Assembly (NCBI GenBank): GCA_963555815.3
Contig: CAUVWX020000001.1
Coordinates: 192,001-256,000, forward strand
Source of the DNA: a bacterium
GTDB lineage: Bacteria > UBA8248 > JACPRG01 > G963555815
DNA: 64,000 nt
Direction of reading: 5' to 3'
Positions 38,565 to 47,688 of the stretch are shown piece after piece; the first letter of the stretch is position 1, and the number at the start of each line of letters is the position of its first letter. Both the position numbers and the translations under genes were made by a program. The notes under the pieces are model-generated. The model saw only the letters and a program-made list of their open reading frames with translations, was not told the DNA's origin and searched no databases.

Positions 38565-39501
38565 CGCCTGTTTCCTCTTCCGTCACCAGCTGGACAAAGA
38601 CCTCCTCCAGGCTGAGGGACACGGGGCGAAGGCCAAGAAGCCCCCACCCGGTGGCGCAGACCGCCTGGGCCAGGTCTCGACGAACATCTTGATCCTGCTC
38701 GGAGTCCACGTAGTAGATCCCCTGACCGGCCTTCCCATCCTGGCGCACAGCCTTCACGCCGGGGACCTCTGAGAGCCTGTGGGTGACCGCCTCAGGGGGT
38801 CCGTCTACCTCCAGGGCGATGGTGGCCCCCTTCTGGATCTGACGCGTCAGGTTCTCGGGGGTGTCCTGGGCCACCACCCGCCCTTTGTTGATGATGACCA
38901 CCCGAGAGCAGGTCATGCTGACCTCGGGCAGGATGTGGGTGCAAAGGATGATGGTTCGCTCGCCCCCCAGGCTACGAATGAGTTCCCGCGTTTCGATGAT
39001 CTGTTTTGGATCGAGGCCCGTTGTGGGCTCGTCCAGGATGAGGACCTCGGGGTCGTTCAGAAGGGCCTGGGCGACCCCCACCCGTTGGCGGTAGCCTTTG
39101 GAGAGATGGCCGATGATGCGGTCGGCCACCTCCCGGACGCCGCAAAGGGACATAGTCTTTGCGATCTGGTCGCGGCGGACCCTTCGGTTGAGACCCTTCA
39201 CATGGCCGACAAAATCCAGGAAATCCCGGACCGTGAGATCTGTATAGAGAGGAAAATTTTCAGGGAGATAGCCCACCCGCCTTCGGACCTCTAGGGGGGA
39301 GCGGAAGACGTCATAACCCGCGACCCTTGCAGTCCCCCGGGTGGCCGGCATATAGCAGGTGAGGATCCGCATGGTAGTGGTCTTTCCGGCCCCGTTGGGT
39401 CCGAGAAAGCCCAGGATCTCCCCCTGCTTTACTTCGAAGCTCACATCCTGGATAGCGGCGACGGATCCGTAGAACTTCGACAGATGTTGGACTTCAATCA
39501 T
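38557..39501 (-). CDS. ABC transporter ATP-binding protein (GldA-like)
   Basis: GPNGAGKT, LSKGYRQR, LILDEPT. Confidence 0.92.
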   Translation of the reverse strand: MIEVQHLSKFYGSVAAIQDVSFEVKQGEILGFLGPNGAGKTTTMRILTCYMPATRGTARVAGYDVFRSPLEVRRRVGYLPENFPLYTDLTVRDFLDFVGHVKGLNRRVRRDQIAKTMSLCGVREVADRIIGHLSKGYRQRVGVAQALLNDPEVLILDEPTTGLDPKQIIETRELIRSLGGERTIILCTHILPEVSMTCSRVVIINKGRVVAQDTPENLTRQIQKGATIALEVDGPPEAVTHRLSEVPGVKAVRQDGKAGQGIYYVDSEQDQDVRRDLAQAVCATGWGLLGLRPVSLSLEEVFVQLVTEEETGDA

Positions 39502-39542
39502 CCCGGAGATTTCCTCTCCCGGCGGGCCCGATAACCTCCTCG

Positions 39543-41162
39543 TTACATCCCATGCGCGTGACCGTGGGGCATCTCAGTCGCCTCCTCCTCGGGCTTCTCC
39601 GAGATGAGAACCTCGGTGGTCAGGAGTAGGGCTGCGAGGCTGGCGGCGTTCTGAAGGCCTGTCCGTGTCACCTTCGTGGGATCAATCACACCCGCCGCCA
39701 CGAGGTCCTCCATCTTCTCTGAAACCAGGTTATAGCCCACGTGCCCCTTTGCCGCCTTAATTTGCTGGACGAGGACAGAGCCCTCCAGGCCGGCATTATC
39801 GGCCAGCTGGCGTGCCGGCTCCTCCATGGCCCGCGCTATGATCCGCGCCCCGACCAGACGATCTCCCGTGAGATTCAACTTTTGCACTGCCTGGATGGCC
39901 CGAATGAGGGCCACACCGCCCCCCGGCACAATTCCCTCTTTCACAGCCGCCCGGGTGGCGTTTAGGGCGTCGTCGACTCTGGCCTTCTTCTCCCTCATCT
40001 CGGTCTCTGTGGTAGCCCCCACGCTGATCTTGGCCACCCCTCCTACCAGTTTGGCCAGACGCTCCTGGAGCTTTTCGCGGTCATAGTCCGAGGTCGTCTC
40101 CTCGATGTGGACCCTGATCTGCTTGATGCGGGCCTCGATGTCGGAGGCTTTTCCCGCTCCCTCCACGATGGTGGTATTGTCCTTATCGATATAGACTTTC
40201 TTGGCCTGACCCAGGTCCTGAAGCTGAATATTCTCCAGCTTGACGCCCAATTCCTCGGAAATGCACCGCCCCCCCGTGAGGACAGCGATGTCCTGAAGCA
40301 TGGCCTTCCTTCGGTCTCCGTATCCCGGGGCCTTGACAGCAGCCACCTTGAAGGTCCCCCGAAGCTTGTTGACCACGAGGGTTGCGAGGGCCTCCCCCTC
40401 CACGTCCTCGGCAACGACAAGGAGTGACTTTCCCGTCTGCGCCACCTTCTCCAAGAGAGGAAGAAGTTCCTTCATGCTGCCGATCTTCTTTTCGCTGAGG
40501 AGGAGGTAGGGGTCCTCGAGCTCCACCTCCATCCGCTCGGCGTCGGTGACAAAATAGGGAGAGAGATAGCCCCGATCAAACTGCATTCCCTCGACAACGT
40601 CGAGGCCCATTTCCATCCCCTGGGCCTCTTCGACCGTGATGACACCGTCCTCTCCCACTTTGTCCATGGCCTCTGTGATGAGGTCTCCGATGGCACTGTC
40701 CCCGTTTGCGGAGATGGTGGCCACCTGGGCGATCTCCTTCCCGCCCACGACAGGCTTGCTCTGAGAACGCAGACTCTCCACCGCCGCCGCAACGGCCTCC
40801 CCGATCCCCTGCTTCACATCAGTCGGGTTGGCCCCCGCACTGATATTCTTCAGCCCATTGCGGTAGATGGCCTCGGCCAAGACGGTGGCCGTCGTGGTGC
40901 CGTCCCCCGCATCGTCGCTGGTCTTTCCGGCGACCTCCCGGATCATCTGGGCCCCCATGTTCTCGAAATTTTCAGGCAGGCTAATCTCTTTGGCGACCGT
41001 CACCCCATCTTTGGTCACCCAGGGAGCGCGCCACTTTCTCTCCATAACAACGGTCCGACCGAGCGGACCCAGTGTCACCTTAACGGCCCGAGCGAGTTGA
41101 ATGACCCCCGCCAGGATCTCCCTGCGAGCCTCTTCGTGAAAAGAGAGTTGTTTGGCTGACAT
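39543..41162 (-). CDS. groL: Chaperonin GroEL
   Basis: [40 protein letters not shown]. Confidence 0.97.
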   Translation of the reverse strand: MSAKQLSFHEEARREILAGVIQLARAVKVTLGPLGRTVVMERKWRAPWVTKDGVTVAKEISLPENFENMGAQMIREVAGKTSDDAGDGTTTATVLAEAIYRNGLKNISAGANPTDVKQGIGEAVAAAVESLRSQSKPVVGGKEIAQVATISANGDSAIGDLITEAMDKVGEDGVITVEEAQGMEMGLDVVEGMQFDRGYLSPYFVTDAERMEVELEDPYLLLSEKKIGSMKELLPLLEKVAQTGKSLLVVAEDVEGEALATLVVNKLRGTFKVAAVKAPGYGDRRKAMLQDIAVLTGGRCISEELGVKLENIQLQDLGQAKKVYIDKDNTTIVEGAGKASDIEARIKQIRVHIEETTSDYDREKLQERLAKLVGGVAKISVGATTETEMREKKARVDDALNATRAAVKEGIVPGGGVALIRAIQAVQKLNLTGDRLVGARIIARAMEEPARQLADNAGLEGSVLVQQIKAAKGHVGYNLVSEKMEDLVAAGVIDPTKVTRTGLQNAASLAALLLTTEVLISEKPEEEATEMPHGHAHGM

Positions 41163-41209
41163 CAGATCTCATCCTCCTTGGGAAGATTTGAAAAGGCAAT
41201 CCACGACTT

Positions 41210-42307
41210 TCAGGAATCCTGGACCGGCGCCGACTCTTCATAAGACTTTTCAAGGCTGGCCACGGTCTGCCCGTCTCTATAGATCCTGACCATCCCGGTG
41301 GACTCAGAGATCGTCACGGCCAGGGCCTTGCTGACCCCTGTGATGGCTGCGGCGGCGGCGTGACGAGCACCCAAACCCTGGGGAAGCGAATCTCCCCCAT
41401 AAACGGCGTTTAGGTAACGCCCTGCAGACAGGACGACCCCGTCGCCGCGGACCACAAAGGCCCCATCTAGAGAAGCGAATTCCTTGATGGTCTCCCGAAG
41501 GTTCGGGTCGAGGATGCTCCGGGTGGCCCCGGGATGCCCCCGGAAGGGATTCATAATCATCTGACGGGAATTGTGGAGGACCTGATCGTGATCTCCCAGG
41601 ACAAAGATGGCCCCAAGGGGTTTCCCCTCCCGCCCCTCGTGGGCCAGCTCCACGGCCAAGTTGAGGGTCGCCGAGAAGACCTTGGGGTCGATAGCCTTGC
41701 GACCCCTCAAGAGGTCACCGACGGTCAATACAAACTCCTGGCCCACCTCGACAAGGGCCAGGGTATCCACATGGGTCCGCTGGGCACCTCCTGAGAGACA
41801 CACGATGAGGTCTCCTGAGGAGACGATGCGCTCTGAAAGCGCCAGGAGGACCACGAGCTTGATCTGATCCACTCGGTTGAGCTGGACGCTGGGGATCCGG
41901 ATGACCCGTTTCCCCCACGCCGAGGCCGTGCGAAATCCATCTACGGTCTTCGCGACCAGGATAACCTCTGCCCCCTTGGCCAGTGGTTTGAGGATTTTGG
42001 GGTCTGTGACGGCGTGGACGTAGAGGAAAATGGCCTTGGCCTTGGCCTTCTCTGCCAAGTTCCGGGCCGCCTCAAGGAGAGAAGGCGTGAAGGTCTCCGA
42101 CGCACGTTGAACGGATCGCCTCTTGGCCGAAACCTTAGGGGCATCTATCCCCTGTTCGTCCAAAGGCTTGGGGGATCTTAAACCCTTTCCCTTAGAAGAT
42201 GGACGAGGGGTGGTTCTGGAAACCTTCTTTCGTCCCTTCTGGCGCCCGCCCAGAGGCCCCCGGGACCTCCCTCTAGACTTTTTCACATCAGAATTAGAAA
42301 CGGACAA
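41210..42307 (-). CDS. Diadenylate cyclase (DisA_N domain, DacZ/CdaZ-like)
   Basis: EGREGKPLGAIF, LDGAFVV, GLGARHAAAA, SESTG; extra N-terminal domain. Confidence 0.82.
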   Translation of the reverse strand: MSVSNSDVKKSRGRSRGPLGGRQKGRKKVSRTTPRPSSKGKGLRSPKPLDEQGIDAPKVSAKRRSVQRASETFTPSLLEAARNLAEKAKAKAIFLYVHAVTDPKILKPLAKGAEVILVAKTVDGFRTASAWGKRVIRIPSVQLNRVDQIKLVVLLALSERIVSSGDLIVCLSGGAQRTHVDTLALVEVGQEFVLTVGDLLRGRKAIDPKVFSATLNLAVELAHEGREGKPLGAIFVLGDHDQVLHNSRQMIMNPFRGHPGATRSILDPNLRETIKEFASLDGAFVVRGDGVVLSAGRYLNAVYGGDSLPQGLGARHAAAAAITGVSKALAVTISESTGMVRIYRDGQTVASLEKSYEESAPVQDS

Positions 42308-42421
42308 GACACATCCCCCCAGATTCCTCCGGCCGCCTCCCCCTTTGGGGCCGGAGTCTTTCTACCACCTCGGCGCATGGGTCCCGCCTTTTCTCCCTTT
42401 CATTCACCTGACACCTCAGGC

Positions 42422-43822
42422 CTAAGCGGACGGAAGGACCCGGTAGACCTTATTCCCGCCCCGTTGGATGAGGACCAGGTGGTCCTCCTTATCCTGGGAG
42501 AGGGCCCTCGTGAAGCCCTCCACGTCCTGAACCTGGCGGCGGTTCACCTCCAAGATGAGGTCCCCCCGGCGAATCCCAGCCCGGGCCGCCGAGCTTCCAG
42601 GCTCCACACTGGAAACCAAGACGCCGGAGCGGGGGGGAACATCAAGGCGCTCGGCCAGCTCGGGCGTCAGGTTCTGGACTGTCAGGCCAAGGGTCTCCTT
42701 CACGTCCTCCGAGGAAGCAACGCGTTCCTCTTCTTCAAGTCGGGAGAGTTTCACCTTCACCTCTTGCGTGGCGGAGTCCCGGAGGATCTTCAGACGGACC
42801 ATCTTTCCCGCCTCAGTTCCCGCCACCATCCGTGCCAGGTCGCGACGATCCTCGACTGACTTTCCGTCAAACTCCAGGATAACGTCCCCGCTCTGAAGGC
42901 CCGCCTCTTCGGCCGGACCCCCCTCGCCCACATCGGACACCAGGACTCCCTTCGGCTCCTCAAGGTCAAACTGCCTGGCCAGCTCTGGCGTTACATCCTG
43001 AATGACCACCCCCAGAAACCCACGCTCGACCATTCCGCTTTCCCGCAGTTGATCGATCACATTGCGAGCCATGTTCGCGGGAATGGAGAAGCCGATCCCC
43101 TGTCCCGTGGGGACGATGGCGGTATTAATCCCAACCACCTCGCCGTCGAGGTTGAAGAGAGGACCCCCTGAATTCCCCGGATTGATGGAGGCGTCGGTTT
43201 GAATGAAATCGTCATAGGGTCCGGCACCAATGACGCGCCCCTTGGCGCTGACGATCCCGGACGTCACCGTATGCCCAAAGCCAAAGGGGTTGCCGATGGC
43301 GAGGACCCAGTCGCCGACGCGAAGGACGTCAGAGTCCCCAAGCTCGGCGATCGGAAGGGAGTCGTCGGGCTCGATCTTGAGGAGGGCGAGGTCTGTCCGC
43401 TCATCGGTGCCGATGAGCTCAGCCTTGTATTCTTTCTTGTCGGCCAGGACCACCTTGATCTCTGTGGCCCGACCCACGACGTGGTTATTGGTCACGATGA
43501 ACCCGTCGGGGCTGATAATGAAGCCAGAGCCCTGGCCCTGCCGCCGGAACTCTCGAGGGGGCTCATCACCGAAGAACCGTCTAAAGAACTCTTCGAAGGG
43601 GTCTCTCTCCCTGCCCTCAAAGGGGCTCCGGAAGGGCAAGCGGCGGCGCTCCAGGGTGGTCACCTGGATGTTGACCACGGTAGGTTTCAGTTGCTCAGCG
43701 AGTTCCGCAAAGGAGTCCGGGCGGGTCTGGGCGACGGCGATGTCGGCCAAGGGTGAGGGCGTCCACGCCAAGCCGCTCGCGAAGAAAAGGAAGACCGCAT
43801 ATAGAAAACCTCGCGTTTTCAT
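42422..43822 (-). CDS. HtrA/DegP (Do) serine protease with two PDZ domains
   Basis: TNNHV, DLALL, INPGNSGGPL; signal peptide from ATG 43822. Confidence 0.93.
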   Translation of the reverse strand: MKTRGFLYAVFLFFASGLAWTPSPLADIAVAQTRPDSFAELAEQLKPTVVNIQVTTLERRRLPFRSPFEGRERDPFEEFFRRFFGDEPPREFRRQGQGSGFIISPDGFIVTNNHVVGRATEIKVVLADKKEYKAELIGTDERTDLALLKIEPDDSLPIAELGDSDVLRVGDWVLAIGNPFGFGHTVTSGIVSAKGRVIGAGPYDDFIQTDASINPGNSGGPLFNLDGEVVGINTAIVPTGQGIGFSIPANMARNVIDQLRESGMVERGFLGVVIQDVTPELARQFDLEEPKGVLVSDVGEGGPAEEAGLQSGDVILEFDGKSVEDRRDLARMVAGTEAGKMVRLKILRDSATQEVKVKLSRLEEEERVASSEDVKETLGLTVQNLTPELAERLDVPPRSGVLVSSVEPGSSAARAGIRRGDLILEVNRRQVQDVEGFTRALSQDKEDHLVLIQRGGNKVYRVLPSA

Positions 43823-44089
43823 ATCTTTTCCTCCTTCGCCACTTCTCCTCAGACCTTCTCCACCGGAAGGTCTGGTGAGAAGCCACTCAACCTTGACGGA
43901 CACTGTTGACGACTGAGTTGCCCCCGCCCCTAAAAGTTGCGGCGGGGACAATTTCCCGACCCACCTGGGGCCAAGCGAAACCTTGGACGCTTGAGAGCCT
44001 CAGTCAAACTACTTCATTAAAACCAATACGTTATCATCAATATAGGGAATCACCCCCCTAAAAATCAAGGGTGTTTTTATCTCCATCTT

Positions 44090-44980
44090 TTAGCCCGGCA
44101 GGAGGGAGTCTAGCACAAGCCCACCGGCGAGGAGCGCGCTGAAATAGGCGTTCAGGTGGAAGAAGGAAAAATTCGCCCGCGAGAGGTCGTGGGGCTTGAC
44201 GATGGCATGTTGATAGGCGAGGACGAGAATCCCCAGGCCCCACACAACCCAGTAAGCCAGGCCGAGCTGTCCGATCCAGCCCACCATCCCAAAGGACAAA
44301 ACCGTCAGGGCGTGCAGAGCCCCCGAGATCCGAAGCCCGCTGGTGATCCCAAACCGAGCGGGAATGGAGTGGAGACCCTCGGCCCGATCAAAGTCAAAGT
44401 CTAGGCAGGCGTAGATGACGTCAAAGCCCGCCACCCAGGCGACCACCCCCAGGGAGAGCCAAAGGGGAAGGACTGTCAGATCTCCCCGAATGGCGATCCA
44501 GGCCCCCGCCGGGGCACAGGCCAAGGCGAAGCCCAGGACCCCATGAGAAACCCACGTCCAGCGTTTGGAGTAGGAATAGAAAATGATGACGGCCACCACG
44601 GCAGGAGCCAGGGCCAAGGTGAGACGGTTCAGCAAGCTCGCGGCTAGCAGGAACAGGGCGAGAGAAAACCCAAGAAAGACCCAGATCCCCGGCCCCTCCA
44701 GGATCCCACGGTAGGCCAGGCGGTCTCGGGTCCTCGGGTTTCGTGCGTCGAACTCCTTGTCGGCGAGCCGATTCAGGGCAAAGGCGAAGTTCCGGGCGCC
44801 GACGGCCGCCGCCACGATCCACCCCAAGGCCCAGAGCCTTGGCCACCCCTCGGCCGCCAGAAAAGCGCCCGCAAGGGCAAAGGGCAGAGCAAAGAGGGTG
44901 TGCTCGAATTTTACGAGCCGCAGGAGGAGCCCTGTCTGTCGCCGCCACGACACCCTGCCCAGGGTCTCAGTCGAGGCCAT
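44090..44980 (-). CDS. UbiA-family prenyltransferase (MqnP-like)
   Basis: KFEHTLFALPFA, NRLADKEFDARNPRT, YSYSKR, GFDVIYACLD. Confidence 0.85.
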   Translation of the reverse strand: MASTETLGRVSWRRQTGLLLRLVKFEHTLFALPFALAGAFLAAEGWPRLWALGWIVAAAVGARNFAFALNRLADKEFDARNPRTRDRLAYRGILEGPGIWVFLGFSLALFLLAASLLNRLTLALAPAVVAVIIFYSYSKRWTWVSHGVLGFALACAPAGAWIAIRGDLTVLPLWLSLGVVAWVAGFDVIYACLDFDFDRAEGLHSIPARFGITSGLRISGALHALTVLSFGMVGWIGQLGLAYWVVWGLGILVLAYQHAIVKPHDLSRANFSFFHLNAYFSALLAGGLVLDSLLPG

Positions 44981-46409
44981 ATTCCTTCCAGCGGCGGGCC
45001 ACGAGGGCCTTCACTTCGGGCGTCATGGTGACGGGGGCGGGCCAGGACCGTTCAAATCCCTCCTCCCGCCACTTAGGGGTGGCGTCGACCCCCATCTTGG
45101 ACCCCACTGTCGGGAGCGGCGCGGCGTGGTCCAGGACCTCCACCGGGCCATCCACAAAGGCGATATCCCGCCGGGGGTCGATGCTGTTGGTGACGACCCA
45201 GGTCACCTCGCTCAGGTCGTGGACGTTCACATCGGAATCCACCACGATGATGGCCTTGGCGAACATCATCTGGCCCATGCCCCACAAGGCGTGCATCACC
45301 TTGCGCGCATGATGGGGATAGCTTTTTCGGATGGAGATGATGACGAGGTTGTGGAAGACCCCCTCGGCGGGCATGTTGATGTCCACCACCTCGGGGAGCT
45401 GCATCTGGATGAGGGGGAGAAAAATGCGCTCGGTGGCCTTTCCCATGTAGTAGTCCTCCATGGGGGGGCGCCCAACGACCGTCGTGCAGTAGATGGGATC
45501 TCGCCGATGCGTGACACAGGTGAGATGGAAGACCGGATAATCATCGGCCAGGGAGTAGTAGCCCGTATGGTCCCCAAAGGGGCCCTCCTGGCGCAGCTCC
45601 CCGGGTTCCAGATAGCCCTCCAGGACAATGTCGGCATCGGCCGGGACCTCCAGGTCCACCGTCTCGCACCGCACGAGCCGCACCCGTTTCCGTCTGAGGA
45701 AGCCTGCGAAGAGGAGCTCATCCATGCCGGGCGGGAGGGGCGCTGTGGCCGCATAGGTGAGGATGGGGTCTCCGCCCAGGGCGATGGCCGCCTCCATCCG
45801 TCTGCCCAGGGCGCAGTGCTCCCGGTAGTGCTGGGCCCCGTCGTGATGGGTGTGCCAGTGCATCCCCGCTGTGGTCCGATCGAAGATCTGCATCCGGTAC
45901 ATCCCCACATTTCGCGTGCTGGCGGGGTCCTTGGTGTAGACCTGAGGGATTGTGATGTAGCGGCCGCCGTCCTCGGGCCAGCACTTCAGGGCGGGGATCC
46001 AGTCGAGGGTCGCCCCCTCCTTGATCACCACCTCCTTGCAGGGGCCGTTCGGGACCACATGAGGGCCGATGGAGGCCAGACGCGCCAACTCTGGCAGCTT
46101 CTTGATTTTTTCCAGCAGACTGGATGGCATCTCCACGCGAAGGAGCTCACTCACGCGGTCTGCCACCTCCTGTGCGCGCTCCACCCCGAGGGCCATGGCC
46201 ATGCGTCGCTCCGACCCCAGGGCGTTGATGAGGAGAGGGATATGGTGGCCCCGCACCTTCTCAAAGAGAAGGGCCGGCCCCTCTCTCTTCACAATGCGGT
46301 CGGTGATCTCGGTGATCTCAAGCTCGGGGTCCACCTCGGCCTGAATCCGCTTCAGTTCCCCCGCCGCCTCCAGGGCGGTGACAAACTCCGCCGTGCTGTC
46401 AAAGGCCAT
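44967..46409 (-). CDS. UbiD-family decarboxylase (MqnL-like, menaquinone)
   Basis: LEITEI, NVGMYRMQ, EGPFGDHTGYY, GRPPMED, KMGVDAT. Confidence 0.9.
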   Translation of the reverse strand: MAFDSTAEFVTALEAAGELKRIQAEVDPELEITEITDRIVKREGPALLFEKVRGHHIPLLINALGSERRMAMALGVERAQEVADRVSELLRVEMPSSLLEKIKKLPELARLASIGPHVVPNGPCKEVVIKEGATLDWIPALKCWPEDGGRYITIPQVYTKDPASTRNVGMYRMQIFDRTTAGMHWHTHHDGAQHYREHCALGRRMEAAIALGGDPILTYAATAPLPPGMDELLFAGFLRRKRVRLVRCETVDLEVPADADIVLEGYLEPGELRQEGPFGDHTGYYSLADDYPVFHLTCVTHRRDPIYCTTVVGRPPMEDYYMGKATERIFLPLIQMQLPEVVDINMPAEGVFHNLVIISIRKSYPHHARKVMHALWGMGQMMFAKAIIVVDSDVNVHDLSEVTWVVTNSIDPRRDIAFVDGPVEVLDHAAPLPTVGSKMGVDATPKWREEGFERSWPAPVTMTPEVKALVARRWKEYGLD

Positions 46410-46492
46410 GATCGCTGGGCTCCCAGTGGTGTCGGACACTATAGCACATGGCATCCGCCCCCCCGGTCCGGGGGATCTCTCAACGGCGGGCT

Positions 46493-46786
46493 TTATTCGA
46501 TGATCTTCGGAACTTTGTAGTAACGCTGCTCGGCCTTTGGGGCGAGCGGAAGGAAATCGACCTGGGGAAGGGGGTGGTTAATCTCGTCCTCCCGGAAAAC
46601 GTTCTTTAGGGGAAGAACGTGGGAGGTCGGCTCCACCTGTTCTGTGTCCAGCTCGTTTAATTTCTCCATGTAGGCAAGGATGTTACCGAGTTGTTCGCGG
46701 TACTTCTCGATCTCATTCTCGCTCAGATGGAGCTGTACCAAATGGGCCACGTGCTCCACCTGTTCACGGGTCAGCTTCGTCGCCAT
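46493..46786 (-). CDS. gatC: Asp/Glu-tRNA amidotransferase subunit C
   Basis: VEHVAHLVQL, LNELDT, EPTSH, FREDE, YKVPKIIE. Confidence 0.92.
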   Translation of the reverse strand: MATKLTREQVEHVAHLVQLHLSENEIEKYREQLGNILAYMEKLNELDTEQVEPTSHVLPLKNVFREDEINHPLPQVDFLPLAPKAEQRYYKVPKIIE

Positions 46787-46788
46787 GT

Positions 46789-47688
46789 TCAGTCCTTACG
46801 AGGGACGACCTCCAAGTCTCGGGCCCCGGGCCGGACGATGTGGTCAGCCGGATAAAACCCCTTCCGGACCGTTGTGTTCGGATAGATCCAGGAGCGAGGG
46901 CCCACCAGGGTGCCAGGCGAGGTCACGGCATTGCAACCCACCTCCACGTCATCCCCGAGGATGGCCCCAAATTTTCGAAGGCCCGTATCGAGGCGGCCTT
47001 CCACCAAGGGGAGATTTTTGTTCACCTCTGCCCCCTCCCCTTTGTTTTTCGCACCCCGTGGGCTTGCGGCCCCTTCGTATTTTTCCGTCTCCTCCCAGGG
47101 AAGCTGAATACGAGATTCCGAAATCTTCCTTCCCGGAGAGCGAAGTTCCAGGTTGGCGAGCTTCGAACCAGCCCCCAGGTTCACGTGGCGGCCAAGCAGG
47201 CTGTCTCCCACATAGGCAAAGTGACCCGCCTCCGCCCCTTCCAGAAAAACGGAGTTCTTTACCTCTGTGACGTGGCCGACCACGGCCCCCGAGCCGACGG
47301 CCACTGCCCCGCGCAGGTAAGCCCCCTGACGGAGCTCAGCCCCAGACTCTATCAGGGCGCTCGATTTGATCAGCACTCCAGGCTCAAGACGGGTCCCCTT
47401 TCCGATCCAGATAAGGAGTTCGGGAAAGAGAAGATCCTGGCGAGCGATTACCAACCTCTCCACTGTCACCATGCCCTCATGGAACGTCATCCCAGGAGGA
47501 CAATCAGAGGGTTTGGTCTTCTTCGCCCGACTGGAGATCTCCCGCTCAATGAAGGGGCCGATATTTTTCACCGCTTCCCATGCGAAGCCGACACCCTCGA
47601 AGAGAGACCCAAAAGTGGAAGCCGAGTCGAGAAAGTAAAAACCCGGTTTTAAAGCCTGGGGCCGGACGGCCACTGCCTTTTGGCTCAT
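46789..47688 (-). CDS. Left-handed beta-helix acyltransferase resembling the C-terminal domain of archaeal-type GlmU
   Basis: RQGAYLRG, GHVTEVKNS, HFAYVGDS, NLGAGSKLAN, RKFGAILGD, GCNAVTSPG. Confidence 0.78.
   Translation of the reverse strand: MSQKAVAVRPQALKPGFYFLDSASTFGSLFEGVGFAWEAVKNIGPFIEREISSRAKKTKPSDCPPGMTFHEGMVTVERLVIARQDLLFPELLIWIGKGTRLEPGVLIKSSALIESGAELRQGAYLRGAVAVGSGAVVGHVTEVKNSVFLEGAEAGHFAYVGDSLLGRHVNLGAGSKLANLELRSPGRKISESRIQLPWEETEKYEGAASPRGAKNKGEGAEVNKNLPLVEGRLDTGLRKFGAILGDDVEVGCNAVTSPGTLVGPRSWIYPNTTVRKGFYPADHIVRPGARDLEVVPRKD

Noticed and set aside
44757..46520. 587-aa plus-strand ORF, and similar long ORFs at 4343-5695, 20433-21455 and 9899-11056
   Set aside because: Antisense or alternate-frame shadows of well-supported genes in GC-rich DNA; no recognisable motifs.
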